Origin: Macrostomum lignano | Lineage: Eukaryota | Length of the DNA: 64,000 nt | Direction of reading: 5' to 3' | Assembly (NCBI GenBank): GCA_002269645.1 | Contig: NIVC01002137.1 | Span: 94,609-158,608 of the forward strand | Shown: positions 46,501 to 58,600 of the stretch, in pieces | How the letters are laid out: every line of letters starts with the position of its first letter | Numbering within the stretch: the first letter of the stretch is position 1 | Made by a program: the position numbers and the translations under genes | The notes under the pieces: generated by a model | Database searches by the model: none | What the model was told of the DNA's origin: nothing | The model's input: only the letters and a program-made list of their open reading frames with translations

Positions 46501-48779
46501 GCGCTGATTGGGGTGGCGCTGGTTGGGGTGGCGCTAGTTGGGATTGGCGCTGATTGGGATGGCGCTGGTTGGGGTGGCGCTGGTTGGGGTGGCGCTGGTT
46601 GGGGTGGCGCTGGTTGGGGTGGCGCCGGTTGGGGTGGCGCTGATTGGGGTGGCGCTGGTTGGGGTTGGCGCTGATGGGGTGGCGCTGGTTGGGGTGGCGC
46701 TGGTTGGGGTGGCGCTGGTTGGGGTGGCGCCGGTTGGGGTGGCGCTGATTGGGGTGGCGCTGGTTGGGGTGGCGCTGATTGGGATTGGCGCTGATTGGGA
46801 TGGCGCTGGTTGGGGTGGCGCTGGTTGGGGTGGCGCTGGTTGGGGTGGCGCTGATTGGGATTGGCGCTAGTTGGGGTGGCGCTGATTGGGGTGGCGCTGG
46901 TTGGGGTGGCGCTGATTGGGATTGGCGCTGATTGGGATGGCGCTGGTTGGGGTGGCGCTGGTTGGGGTGGCGCTGGTTGGGGTGGCGCTGGTTGGGGTGG
47001 CGCTGGTTGGGGTGGCGCTGGTTGGGGTGGCGCTGGTTGGGGTGGCGCTGATTGGGATTGGCGCTGATTGGGATGGCGCTGATTGGGGTGGCGCTGGTTG
47101 GGGTGGCGCTGGTTGGGGTGGCGCTGATTGGGATGACGCTGATTGGCAATATAAGTCGCCAACTGACAGACCACAAGTATCGCTGACCACAAGTTAAGCT
47201 GAGTAGCCGCGGTTAGTACGCTAGGATTAATTGGACCAATCGCTAGGTGAGATGCAATAAGATTCACCCTACTGTGAGCAGCTCTGAAACACACTGTAGG
47301 CAAGTGCATCCAGCTCTTACCTTGATCTTCGAATATCTCGGGTTCTTCGATGTATTCAGTGGACACTTTGCCTTCCTCCACCAGCTTGGATGTGTCGATA
47401 ATCTCAGTTTGTCGAGACAGCGCGCTCTTCACCATGGCATCGGCGCCTGGAGCCGGGGGAGCAGGGAAAAGATGTCATCAATTATTGTCAGTACAAATAA
47501 TCGAATGCACTTGAGGGATAAATTAATCAAGGAAGTCTTCACTCACCCCTGGCGAGTGCGCTGGTGTTCTCCAGACCTGTAATATTGCATGCATAGTTTG
47601 AGCTGATTAGTATTAAAGATTCATGGTTTGCTGTGTTTCTACTAGTAGTAGTAGACAACGTGCAAATAATATGCGACGAAAATTTCGACGATAAAATCCT
47701 AATTTCTATAAGTTTAAGCACAGAGCAGCACTGAGGCAATTCTGACCATTCCGCTGACTCCTGAGCACATACAGGCACACCAGTACTGTACTCAGGCACG
47801 CACTCACACACGCTCACGCAGGCCTCGACTTTCTAATCGTCAGGCATGTTCACTCTAGGCGCTCTGGACGTTGGCCCTCAATGACTGTGAATCGCACCAG
47901 GGCGAGAGTCAGACGTCACTTCCTGTGCAACACTGACTGCCTGACAGCGCAGATGCACTATTTTATTGTTGCGCGCTGTTGCATCATAAAAAAACTCCCC
48001 AGCTCACTCACTGTTCATTTCGGTCAAATCCGACACGATCTCGTAGTCGCCCGAGCTGCCGCTGCTGACGTCGCTGCGGTTGGCCGCCCACCTGCTGCCC
48101 CTCCGGCTGTTGTTGGTTTGCGTCGCATCCGACGGTGAAGCATCGAATGCGACTCGACGAACGACTTTGCCTTTATGACTGGCTGGCAACGTCGAGTCTA
48201 TCCGAGTGACAGCTCGAGCAATTGAGCCGAACGTGGAGGCGTCAGCGTCAGATTCCGCTTCCGGGCTGGGCGAGTTCATCCAAAGGCATCCGGAAACGCT
48301 TGAGCTCTTCGATGCAGCCGCTGCGGCACTGTGGCTGAGTTTTCGGAACATTAAAACACGTACAGGTAATCCTGCATTAACTTATTCGGAGACATTAGTT
48401 GAAGGGCCACGTCTTCCATTGGCATGGACCTAGGCCTAAAGTTCTGTATTCAATTCAGATAGGTACTCAATTTTACAGACTCACCTTTCGTTTTTGTTAT
48501 TGTTTGTCTGAAAGTCCGATTGCAGAGTTTGCTGGATCACGCGATCGATTGCTTCGCCATCAGCAGCAGGCGGTGCATCTGGTTGTTGCTGTTGTTGGTT
48601 ATCAGTTTTGCTTGGTAGACTCAACCAAAGCGCATTGTTAACGCCTGCGTACTTTGATGTCGCGGCAGCAGTGCAGCTGTATTGGAGCAGTTTTTAAAAC
48701 AAATAATGCCATGGTGTTATCAGTAAGGTTTAGGTATGACAAAAACGCAAACATCTACTTACCTGTTCATTGAGCGCAT
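43520..48779 (-). CDS. Uncharacterised ~551-aa protein with Lys-rich C-terminus and possible ubiquitin-like/RBD-like segment
   Basis: Exons 48779-48763, 48676-48485, 48328-48012, 47576-47547, 47446-47321, 46435-46020, 44572-44365 and 43869-43520. Phases match at every junction and the total is 1656 nt. The 5' part (upstream of 47446) is less certain and could be a separate gene. Confidence 0.6.
43880..44295. repeat. Intronic 29-bp minisatellite (GAGTATGAGTTACTAAAACAGGTGTGTAT)
   Basis: Tandem units abutting the acceptor at 43870. Confidence 0.92.
44790..46015. repeat. Intronic 23-bp minisatellite (TCTATAGATCAACCCCAACCGAA)
   Basis: Tandem units starting right at the donor at 46019. Confidence 0.94.
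46452..47145. repeat. Intronic 15-bp G-rich minisatellite (GGGGTGGCGCTGGTT)
   Basis: Tandem 15-mers; false NQRHP/QPAPP ORFs. Confidence 0.94.
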
Positions 48780-48964
48780 TTTCAAAGGTCAACCTCTGCT
48801 CTAGGCTGAGTAAAATCGATTGATGCGTCTGCTCGATGCAAGTTCTATTGATATTTCATATGGAGAGGACAGTGAACAAGAAATCGAAGCTTGCTTGAGT
48901 TTTTAGGCCATAAACTATGGCTAAATCTCTGCGCTAAAGGATATCGGTGCCTGAAATAAAATTG

Positions 48965-49575
48965 CATAAAAGTTTGACTGATTTTTATTGATCTTTGTCT
49001 CAGTTTGCCTGACTTCGATTGATCTTCGTCTCAGTTTGACTGACTTTGATTGATCTATGTCTCAGTTTGACCGACTTTGATTGATCTTTGTCTCAGTTTG
49101 ACCGACTTTGATTGATATTTGTCTCAGTTTGCCTGACTTTGATTGATCTTCGTCTCAGTTTGACCGACTTTGATTGATATTTGTCTCAGTTTGCCTGACT
49201 TTGATTGATCTTTGTCTCAGTTTGCCTGACTTTGATTGATCTTTGGCTCAGTTTGACTGACTTTGATTGATATTTGTCTCAGTTTGCCTGACTTTGATTG
49301 ATCTTTGTCTCAGTTTGACTGACTTTGATTGATCTATGTCTCAGTTTGACTGACTTTGATTGATCTTCGTCTCAGTTTGACCGACTTTGATTGATCTTCG
49401 TCTCTGTTTGACCGACTTTGATTGATCTTTGTCTCAGTTTGCCTGACTTTGATTGATTTTTGGCTCAGTTTGACTGACTTTGATTGATATTTGTCTCAGT
49501 TTGCCTGACTTTGATTGATATTTGTCTCAGTTTGACTGACTTTAATTGATATTTGTCTCAGTTTGACTTGACTGA
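48965..49575. repeat. 31-bp minisatellite (TTTGATTGATCTTTGTCTCAGTTTGACTGAC)
   Basis: Tandem units. Confidence 0.92.
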
Positions 49576-50444
49576 TTTTGATTTTGTAGGGTTGCATCCT
49601 ACAGAAAGACAAAGAATACAAAGAGATGATGCAAAAAACCATAAAAAATCACAGCAAAGGAAGTGTGACAGACAGCCCATAAGCCAGTGCCAGTACCACA
49701 GTTTTAATATTTTTTTGCGTGCACAACATGCGACCTATACCACCTGTTCATTCCGAAACCATAAGCTTCCCTAAGCGGAGCTCTTATTTGGGAAACGAGA
49801 TTAGAGAAATTCCTTCTGTCCAACTAGCTTAATTCTATAACTCTACTATATTGTATAAAGCAAGTTGCATGGCTCGAGAGGGATTCAAGACCCACTAAAC
49901 TTGAGTGAGTGAGCTGAATAATAAAACTCCATACCGCCTGCCTATCTATTGAGTATAGATCCTGCACACTCGCTTATGACTGCCAACGCTTTGTGTTTTA
50001 GCTGAGTAAGATAGAAGGGGGTTGCGGAAGAAAAAAGCTGCGATCACACAATCAGCCCAGCTCTAGGGAGAGAGAGAGTGTGTGTGCCGGACCTCTTTCA
50101 CAGTTCCTTGAGCAGCCGACCTCAAAGTCACCCCTAAGCTTCACCCGCGCACGCACGTTCAGTGCACCTTCCATGCGCCCCCCCGTGAATCCTTCAGAAT
50201 AAGAATCCGATGGTCCTGATTCACACCCATGATCGGGCCGGCCCCCTGTGTGAGCGTGTGTACGAGTGCTTGTATTGTACCAAGCTTATATGTGCTCAGA
50301 AGTCACCGGAATGAACAGAATTGCCTCAGCGCCGATTGTGTGGGGCGCCATTGCGCCATTGTGCCAGCAGCCCTCCTGCGAATATTTTTTGCTTCTGACC
50401 AAACAGGCTGTATTTGAAGTATCCATGGGAGACACAGAATCTTC

Positions 50445-53400
50445 AAGAGACAGGGCCGCCCACCAAGAGACAGGGCCGCCCACCAAGAGACAGGGCCGCC
50501 CACCAAGGAGACAGGGCCGCCCACCAAGAGACAGGGCCGCCCACCAAGAGACAGGGCCGCCCACCAAGAGACAGGGCCGCCCACCAAGGAGACAGGGCCG
50601 CCCACCAAGAGACAGGGCCGCCCACCAAGAGGCAGGGGCGCGCACCAAGAGACAGGGGCGCTAACCAAAGAGACAGGGGCGCCCACCAAGAGACAGGGGC
50701 GCCCACCAAGAGACAGGGGCGCGCACCAAGAGACAGGGGCGCCCACCAAGAGACAGGGGCGCTAACCAAAGAGACAGGGGTGCCCACCAAGAGACAGGGG
50801 CGCCCACCAAGAGACAGGGCCGCCCACCAAGACACAGTGGCGCGCACCAAGAGACAGGGGCGCCCACCAAGAGACAGGGGCGCCCACCAAGAGACAGGGC
50901 CGCCCACCAAGACACAGTGGCGCGCACCAAGAGACAGGGGCGCCAACCAAGAGACAGGGGCGCTAACCAAAGAGACAGGGGCGCAAACCAAGAAACAGGG
51001 GCGCTAACCAAAGAGACAGGGGCGCCAACCAAGAGACAGGGGCGCCCACCAAGAGACAGGGGCGCTAACCAAAGAGACAGGGGCGCCAATCAAAGAGACA
51101 GGGGCGCTAAGCAAGGAGACAGGGGCGCTAACCAAGAGACAGGGGCGCCCACCAAGAGACAGGGGCGCTAACCAAAGAGACAGGGGCGCCAACCAAGAAA
51201 CAGGGGCGCCAACCAAGAAACAGGGGCGCTAACCAAGGAGACAGGGGCGCCAACCAAGAGACAGGGCCGCCCACCAAGACACAGGGGCGCCCACCAAGAG
51301 ACAGGGGCGCTAACCAAAGAGACAGGGGCGCCAATCAAAGAGACAGGGGCGCTAAGCAAGGAGACAGGGGCGCTAACCAAGAGACAGGGGCGCCCACCAA
51401 GAGACAGGGGCGCTAACCAAAGAGACAGGGGCGCAAACCAAGAAACAGGGGCGCTAACCAAAGAGACAGGGGCGCCAACCAAGAGACAGGGGCGCTCACC
51501 AAGAGACAGGGGCGCTAACCAAGGAGACAGGGGCGCCAACCAAGAGACAGGGCCGCCCGCCAAGACACAGGGGCGCCCACCAAGAGACAGGGGCGCTAAC
51601 CAAAGAGACAGGGGCGCCAATCAAAGAGACAGGGGCGCTAAGCAAGGAGACAGGGGCGCTAACCAAGAGACAGGGGCGCCCACCAAGAGACAGGGGCGCT
51701 AACCAAAGAGACAGGGGCGCAAACCAAGAAACAGGGGCGCTAACCAAGGAGACAGGGGCGCCAACCAAGAGACAGGGGCGCGCACCAAGAGACAGGGGCG
51801 CCCACCAAGAGACAGGGGCGCTAACCAAAGAGACAGGGGCGCCAATCAAAGAGACAGGGGCGCTAAGCAAGGAGACAGGGGCGCTAACCAAGAGACAGGG
51901 GCGCCCACCAAGAGACAGGGGCGCTAACCAAAGAGACAGGGGCGCCAACCAAGAAACAGGGGCGCCAACCAAGAAACAGGGGCGCTAACCAAGGAGACAG
52001 GGGCGCCAACCAAGAGACAGGGCCGCCCACCAAGACACAGGGGCGCCCACCAAGAGACAGGGGCGCTAACCAAAGAGACAGGGGCGCCAATCAAAGAGAC
52101 AGGGGCGCTAAGCAAGGAGACAGGGGCGCTAACCAAGAGACAGGGGCGCCCACCAAGAGACAGGGGCGCTAACCAAAGAGACAGGGGCGCCAACCAAGAA
52201 ACAGGGGCGCTAACCAAGGAGACAGGGGCGCCAACCAAGAGACAGGGCCGCCCACCAAGAAACAGGGGCGCCCACCAAGAGACAGGGGCGCTAACCAAAG
52301 AGACAGGGGCGCCAATCAAAGAGACAGGGGCGCTAAGCAAGGAGACAGGGGCGCTAACCAAGAGACAGGGGCGCCCACCAAGAGACAGGGGCGCTAACCA
52401 AAGAGACAGGGGCGCCAACCAAGAAACAGGGGCGCTAACCAAAGAGACAGGGGCGCTAACCAAAGAGACAGGGGCGCTAACCAAGAGACAGGGGCGCGCA
52501 CCAAGAGACAGGGGCGCCCACCAAGAGACAGGGGCGCTAACCAAAGAGACAGGGGCGCCAATCAAAGAGACAGGGGCGCTAAGCAAGGAGACAGGGGCGC
52601 TAACCAAGAGACAGGGGCGCCCACCAAGAGACAGGGGCGCTAACTAAAGAGACAGGGGCGCCAACCAAGAAACAGGGGCGCTAACCAAAGAGACAGGGGC
52701 GCCAATCAAAGAGACAGGGGCGCTAAGCAAGGAGACAGGGGCGCTAACCAAGAGACAGGGGCGCCCACCAAGAGACAGGGGCGCTAACCAAAGAGACAGG
52801 GGCGCCAACCAAGAAACAGGGGCGCTAACCAAGGAGACAGGGGCGCCAACCAAGAGACAGGGCCGCCCACCAAGACACAGTGGCGCGCACCAAGAGACAG
52901 GGGCGCTAACCAAAGAGACAGGGGCGCCAATCAAAGAGACAGGGGCGCTAAGCAAGGAGACAGGGGCGCTAACCAAGAGACAGGGGCGCCCACCAAGAGA
53001 CAGGGGCGCTAACCAAAGAGACAGGGGCGCAAACCAAGAAACAGGGGCGCTAACCAAGGAGACAGGGGCGCCAACCAAGAGACAGGGGCGCGCACCAAGA
53101 GACAGGGGCGCCCACCAAGAGACAGGGGCGCTAACCAAAGAGACAGGGGCGCCAATCAAAGAGACAGGGGCGCTAAGCAAGGAGACAGGGGCGCTAACCA
53201 AGAGATAGGGGCGCCCACCAAGAGACAGGGGCGCTAACTAAAGTGACAGGGGCGCCAACCAAGAAACAGGGGCGCTAACCAAGGAGACAGGGGGCGCCAA
53301 CCAAGAGACAGGGCCGCCCACCAAGACACAGGGGCGCTAACCAAAGAGACAGGGGCGCCAACCAAGAAACAGGGGCGCTAACCAAGGAGACAGGGGCGCC

Positions 53401-53545
53401 AACCAAGAGACAGGGGCGCCCACCAAGAGACAGGGCCGCCCACCAAGACACAGGGGCGCCCACCAAGAGACAGGGGCGCGCACCAAGAGACAGGGGCGCG
53501 CACCAAGAGACAGGGGCGCTAACCAAAGAGACAGGGGCGCCCACC
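50445..53545. repeat. 3.1-kb 20-21 bp GC-rich satellite (CCAAGAGACAGGGGCGC[CC/TA]A) with higher-order blocks
   Basis: Tandem units with a recurring variant order (CCAATCAAAGAG, CTAAGCAAGGAG, CTAACCAAGAG, CCCACCAAGAG). Confidence 0.95.
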
Positions 53546-54194
53546 TAGAGACCGGGGGTCAACCAAGACACGCCCTCCAATTAAGAGTCTTGCGTCAAGA
53601 CGCCACTGGACCAGACTGCGATAGCTTCCCACGAGTCCTAACAAAACGAGTCTTTTTGGACCGGTAGATCGAGTTGGCACTCTTCCAGATTCTATGCATT
53701 TCGTTCTCCCTGATCTGACAGCTCAAGCGCTTTTAATCGCAAACTACGAGGCGTACACGAGACGCGGCATTGCAACAGGCGCCATACATAACCCCCCCCC
53801 ACCTCCCCAGTCGGAATACTGGCGCTAGCGCAAGGAACCCGTAGCTACTGCGCAGGTTGGGAATTTGTAAAATTGTCAGCCAATAAGAATAATTATAGAA
53901 TATAGAACTATGCGAGTTTCTGCGTATGAGTGGAGCAGCAGTCTATAATATAAGGCTTTCGATCTTGCTCTGCGCTGCAGACAGAAGATTTACAGATTTA
54001 GTGGAAATTTAAAACCAACGACGACTAACGAAAATTGGTTAACTATTTTAAGCAATCGGCTACTAAATAAGGTGAGCACAGCTGGAGTACTGATGATACT
54101 TTATAAATCATTTATGGTTTGTGGAACTGTGTTTTAATTCTGGAGTCCTAATAAATTTGCTAAAAAATCTTTCGAGATTAAAATGGAGCTTATG

Positions 54195-54500
<306 letters not shown>

Positions 54501-55177
54501 AAGACACTAAGACGATAGGGAGAATCTTTGCATTCAGAAAGCTCCCAAAAAATGTCGACTCGGCCTGAGGGCTGCCTTAGACAGCTCAGAACAGTCGCTG
54601 TCAAAGCCAGAGTGTGGGGTTCGTTAGTCCGGTTGCCTCCCCTTGCCCCTGCCCCCGCCCCCAGTGAAAACAGTCGTGGCCTGAGCAGCTGAGCACACAT
54701 TTCAATAGTGGGACTCAAAAGTAACAGGAGCGGCCCATGGAGGTGACTCAAACGAGATTGGGCAGACAAAGACGGGTGAATTTCTTCTATGATAATTGGA
54801 ACACTTAGAAACTAAATTAGATTCAGAAGCACGAATTGACTAAGGAATTTTTTGTTTTAATAATGCAATTAACCTGTCTATCGAATCCATGGGTTGGCTG
54901 TGCCGATCAGTTTTATGCTGGTTATATCAATGCCTGTGATCAGTGGCTGATCTTGTCATCTTAAGCCTCTTAAATCTTCTTGCAAGCTTCAACGAAGCCA
55001 CTTATCTGTTTTTCATTTCTTTCTGTTTTGTAACCGTTGCCTGGCCGAAATCTTCTGATTTATATGAAGCATGAAAGATGATATTGACATTCAGGCTGAA
55101 CCTCTTAATATGGAGATTTACTCGTATGATAACAAATATTACAGTAATTAACTGCAGAATTCTGATTCTGTTGTCAG

Positions 55178-55460
55178 GCGTGATGACTAGATAATCTCAG
55201 GTGTGATGACTAGATAAACTCAGATGCGATGACTAGATAAACTCAGGTGTGATGACTGATAAACTCAGGTGTGATGACTAGATAAACTTAGGTGCGATGA
55301 CTGATAAACTCAGGTGTGATGACTAGATAATATCAGGTGTGATGACTGATAATCTCAGATGCGATGACTAGATAATATCAGGTGTGATGACTAGATAATA
55401 TCAGGTGTGATGACTGATAAACTCAGGTGTGATGATGACTAGATAATCTCAGGTGTGATG
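55178..55460. repeat. ~23-bp minisatellite (GATGACTAGATAAACTCAGGTGT) upstream of the protocadherin ATG
   Basis: Tandem units. Confidence 0.9.
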
Positions 55461-55612
55461 AGCACAATGTTGTCCAGATAGCTCAGAAAAAAATCATTTA
55501 ATCTTTAGATGTTTAGATGTAAAAAAGTTTATAAATAAGCCACATCTGATATTGTTTGACACTTAAAGAATAATCATGATGAACTAATTGACTAATCTTC
55601 ATCAGATCTGAC

Positions 55613-58600
55613 ATGCCGCACCTGTGCCGGCTAGCAGCTCTGTTCCTAGCGATGGCTGTGGTCTCTGCCAGCCAGCCAAAGCAATCAGACATTCAATTTT
55701 ACGCAATGGAGGACGACAAAAAATCGGTCCATTTTGGTTTGCTACGCGACAAGCTGCCCAAAAGCTTAGCCGATAAATTTTCGGATGACTGGAGTGACGT
55801 AACGTACCAGATAGCGCAGGCTGATGAGATTGTCCGGGTGGACTCCGGCGGAAATTTGACTTCTATCGGACCTTTAATCCGCGAGAAAGCCTGCAGTTCT
55901 TACAGCAATCCAAACTGTGACGAGGAGACAGCCAAGGACGTCTGCCAGATCAAGACCGAGGTGTTCATGAGCAACTCCAGGGAGCAGAGGGTCCCCAAGC
56001 TTGTCGACGTGATAATCCAGGTGGACGATCAGAACAACTCGCCGCCGAACTTCGGTCCGTACCAGGAGGTGGAAGTGCAGGAGAGCGCTGAACACGGAGC
56101 AAAGCTCAGCCTGCCGAAGGCGGAGGACGCCGATAAGAGAGGCTTCGCCAGCTGCCACCTGAGCTACCGTCTGGAGTCGTGCACTCCGGGCAAGCCGGCC
56201 GACCCGACTTTTGCTCTCGAACTGCAAAACAACAGCAACGGCGGGCCCAGGGACGTGTATCTCAAGCTGTTGGACGGACTTGACCGGGAAAAGATCGAGC
56301 AGTACGCCTACTGTTTGATTGCCTCGGACGGGCGTCACACTGCCAGCCTCACCGTCAGCGTCCGCGTCATTGACGTCAACGACAATGCGCCTAAGTGGAG
56401 CCCCAACCAGAAATTTAACGTCAGCGTGTCGGAGACCAATCCGCCGAATCCGCTGTTGCGTTTGAATGCCACCGACGCTGACTCGAAGTACGGCCAGGTG
56501 CACTACACGTTAGTGTCGGATAAAAACAACCTCTTCAGCCTCACCAGACGCGGCAGTTTGACGCTGAAGAACCCCAGGGAGTTAGACTATGATCAGCAGA
56601 TTAAGGAGCATCGCGTTGTGGTCGCGGCAGTGGACAACGGAAAGCCGCCAAAGTCCGCAACGGCCACTGTGACGATCATTGTTTTAGACGAGAATGACAA
56701 CCCGCCTCAGATTAAAATCAGAAATCATCACGTGTCCATCACTGAGAACAATAAAGTACCACTTCACATTCTCAACATTATAGCCGGTGATTTAGACACC
56801 GGCGCTGGAGGCATTGTTACCTGCTCGCTGCAGCCGGACGGGTTTAACCCGCCCAGGTTTTTACTGACAGCAGTTCGGCTCCGTCATCGCCGGTGTCCTA
56901 CGAATTGAATGCAACCTACTCGCTAGACAGAGAAGAACGCAGTAGATACGTGGTGGGGATTCAATGCTACGACGGTGGAACTCCGCAGAAAACAAGCACA
57001 CAGAAAGTTTACATTGCAGTGCTGGATCAGAATGACAATGCGCCCAAGTTTGAGGTGACGCCAATCGACTTTAGCATTTCAGAGGACACGAAAGAGTCGT
57101 CCCGAGTCTATAATGTAAGTGTTTATAAGCAAAACTGCAAACTGCATGAATGGGTCGCTTTTCACAGCTTTACGAGCTAAATTTATTTCGTTGAGGACAG
57201 TAAACTTGATATACTAATGAGCTCAGAACTTCACATTGTCCAAATCGTTTGAGTTGTGGGTTGGCAAAAATTACTTAGCAAGTCCTGGCTTGTAAAAGAT
57301 TCTGTCATTCCAGAGCATAAAAATTTTAGGTTATTAAGCGCCCCTAACTAATTGAGGTGCAGTCAAGGACCACTAGAAGTTACCGTTGTACGTACATCGT
57401 ACGTAACAGTCGTAAATATTGTAAAATATTTTGAAGGCCAGCTTTGCATTGCTCACAACTCTGTATCTCAGTTGCACTCAAAATTACAACGGTAACTTCT
57501 TAGTGGTCCTTGGTTGCAACTTAGCCGTCTAGCGCGGCACTCTCGCTTGTATATGCTAGCGGCCCAGGCTCGATTCTAAGTGCAGTCGCCATAATATGGG
57601 GCTAAATTGTAATCTCAGCTTGTCTCTGCTCGTGCAATTAACGGCCTTCAAGGTTAAATAAAGTTAGGGCCGCTGTACACTCCTGTGTGAGTGTGTGCCT
57701 GTGCGTATGACTGCGTACGTATCCGCGCGCTTGTGTGTCTGCTCTCAGGAGAGTCGGCGGAATGGGCAGTTGTGTAATGCCTGTCGCCGGTTGTGTGACA
57801 ATGTCGCCTAAAGTGCACACAGCTCCCTGGCTATAAAAATGCACCAATTAAATAAACTTATAACCCTAACCTCCGCAGTTCCGCATCCACGATCCTGATT
57901 ACGACGGTCAGAACCGGGCCAATCGTCGTTTTGAAATCCGAGGCGACGGCGCATCGAAATTCCAAGTTGACTACGACCGCAACAACAGCTATTCGCTCAC
58001 TACTACGGATAAGTTTGATCGCGAGACCAAAGACACTTTCAGTTTTAGCCTTGTCGTCCAGGACATTGATGCAACTCATGATGGAGCCGTCATCCACCAG
58101 GCTGAGACCAACGTCTCCATTCGAATTCTCGACGCCAATGACTGCTATCCGAGGTTTCTGATTAATCTAAGTGATCCACAGGCAGTTGCTGGTTGCAGTT
58201 CACAAGGCTTGCCTGAATGGCTACCGCCAGTCACCGTGCTAGAAAATGCCACTATCGGCTCGATAGTGACAAAAGTCGCTGCCATTGACGGCGACTTGGG
58301 CCTGAACGGTACTGTGACGTACAGGCTGCGTGGCTCGCCGACCTTTCGTGTGGACGGCTCCGGTCAGGTGCTGCTCAACCGTCAACTTGACGCAGACATG
58401 CCGCATGGTCAAAGCTCGTTCACTCTGGAGCTGCTGGCGGTGGATAGCGGAACGGTGCGACGGCTAACGGGCACAGCCAGCCTGATTGTCCGCTTGGCCG
58501 ACGTAAACGACAACTTTCCAGAGTTTGTGCACACGCAGCCACTGAGGCTCAACGTCAGCTGCGACCGAGCTTTGACAGGTAATTGCCTGACGACTGCTGA

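Noticed and set aside
46460-47435. NQRHP / QPAPP / GGAGW repeat ORFs
   Set aside because: Intronic 15-bp satellite; only 47446-47321 is a credible exon.
50229-53800. Possible exon at ~50445-50306 (minus strand, ILCLPWILQIQPVWSEAKNIRRR...) and ORFs through the 20-bp satellite
   Set aside because: No recognisable domain and no phase-consistent partner exon found; the long ORFs derive from the repeat.
57511-57592. Functional tRNA gene
   Set aside because: The anticodon and T stems do not pair; kept only as a possible SINE head.
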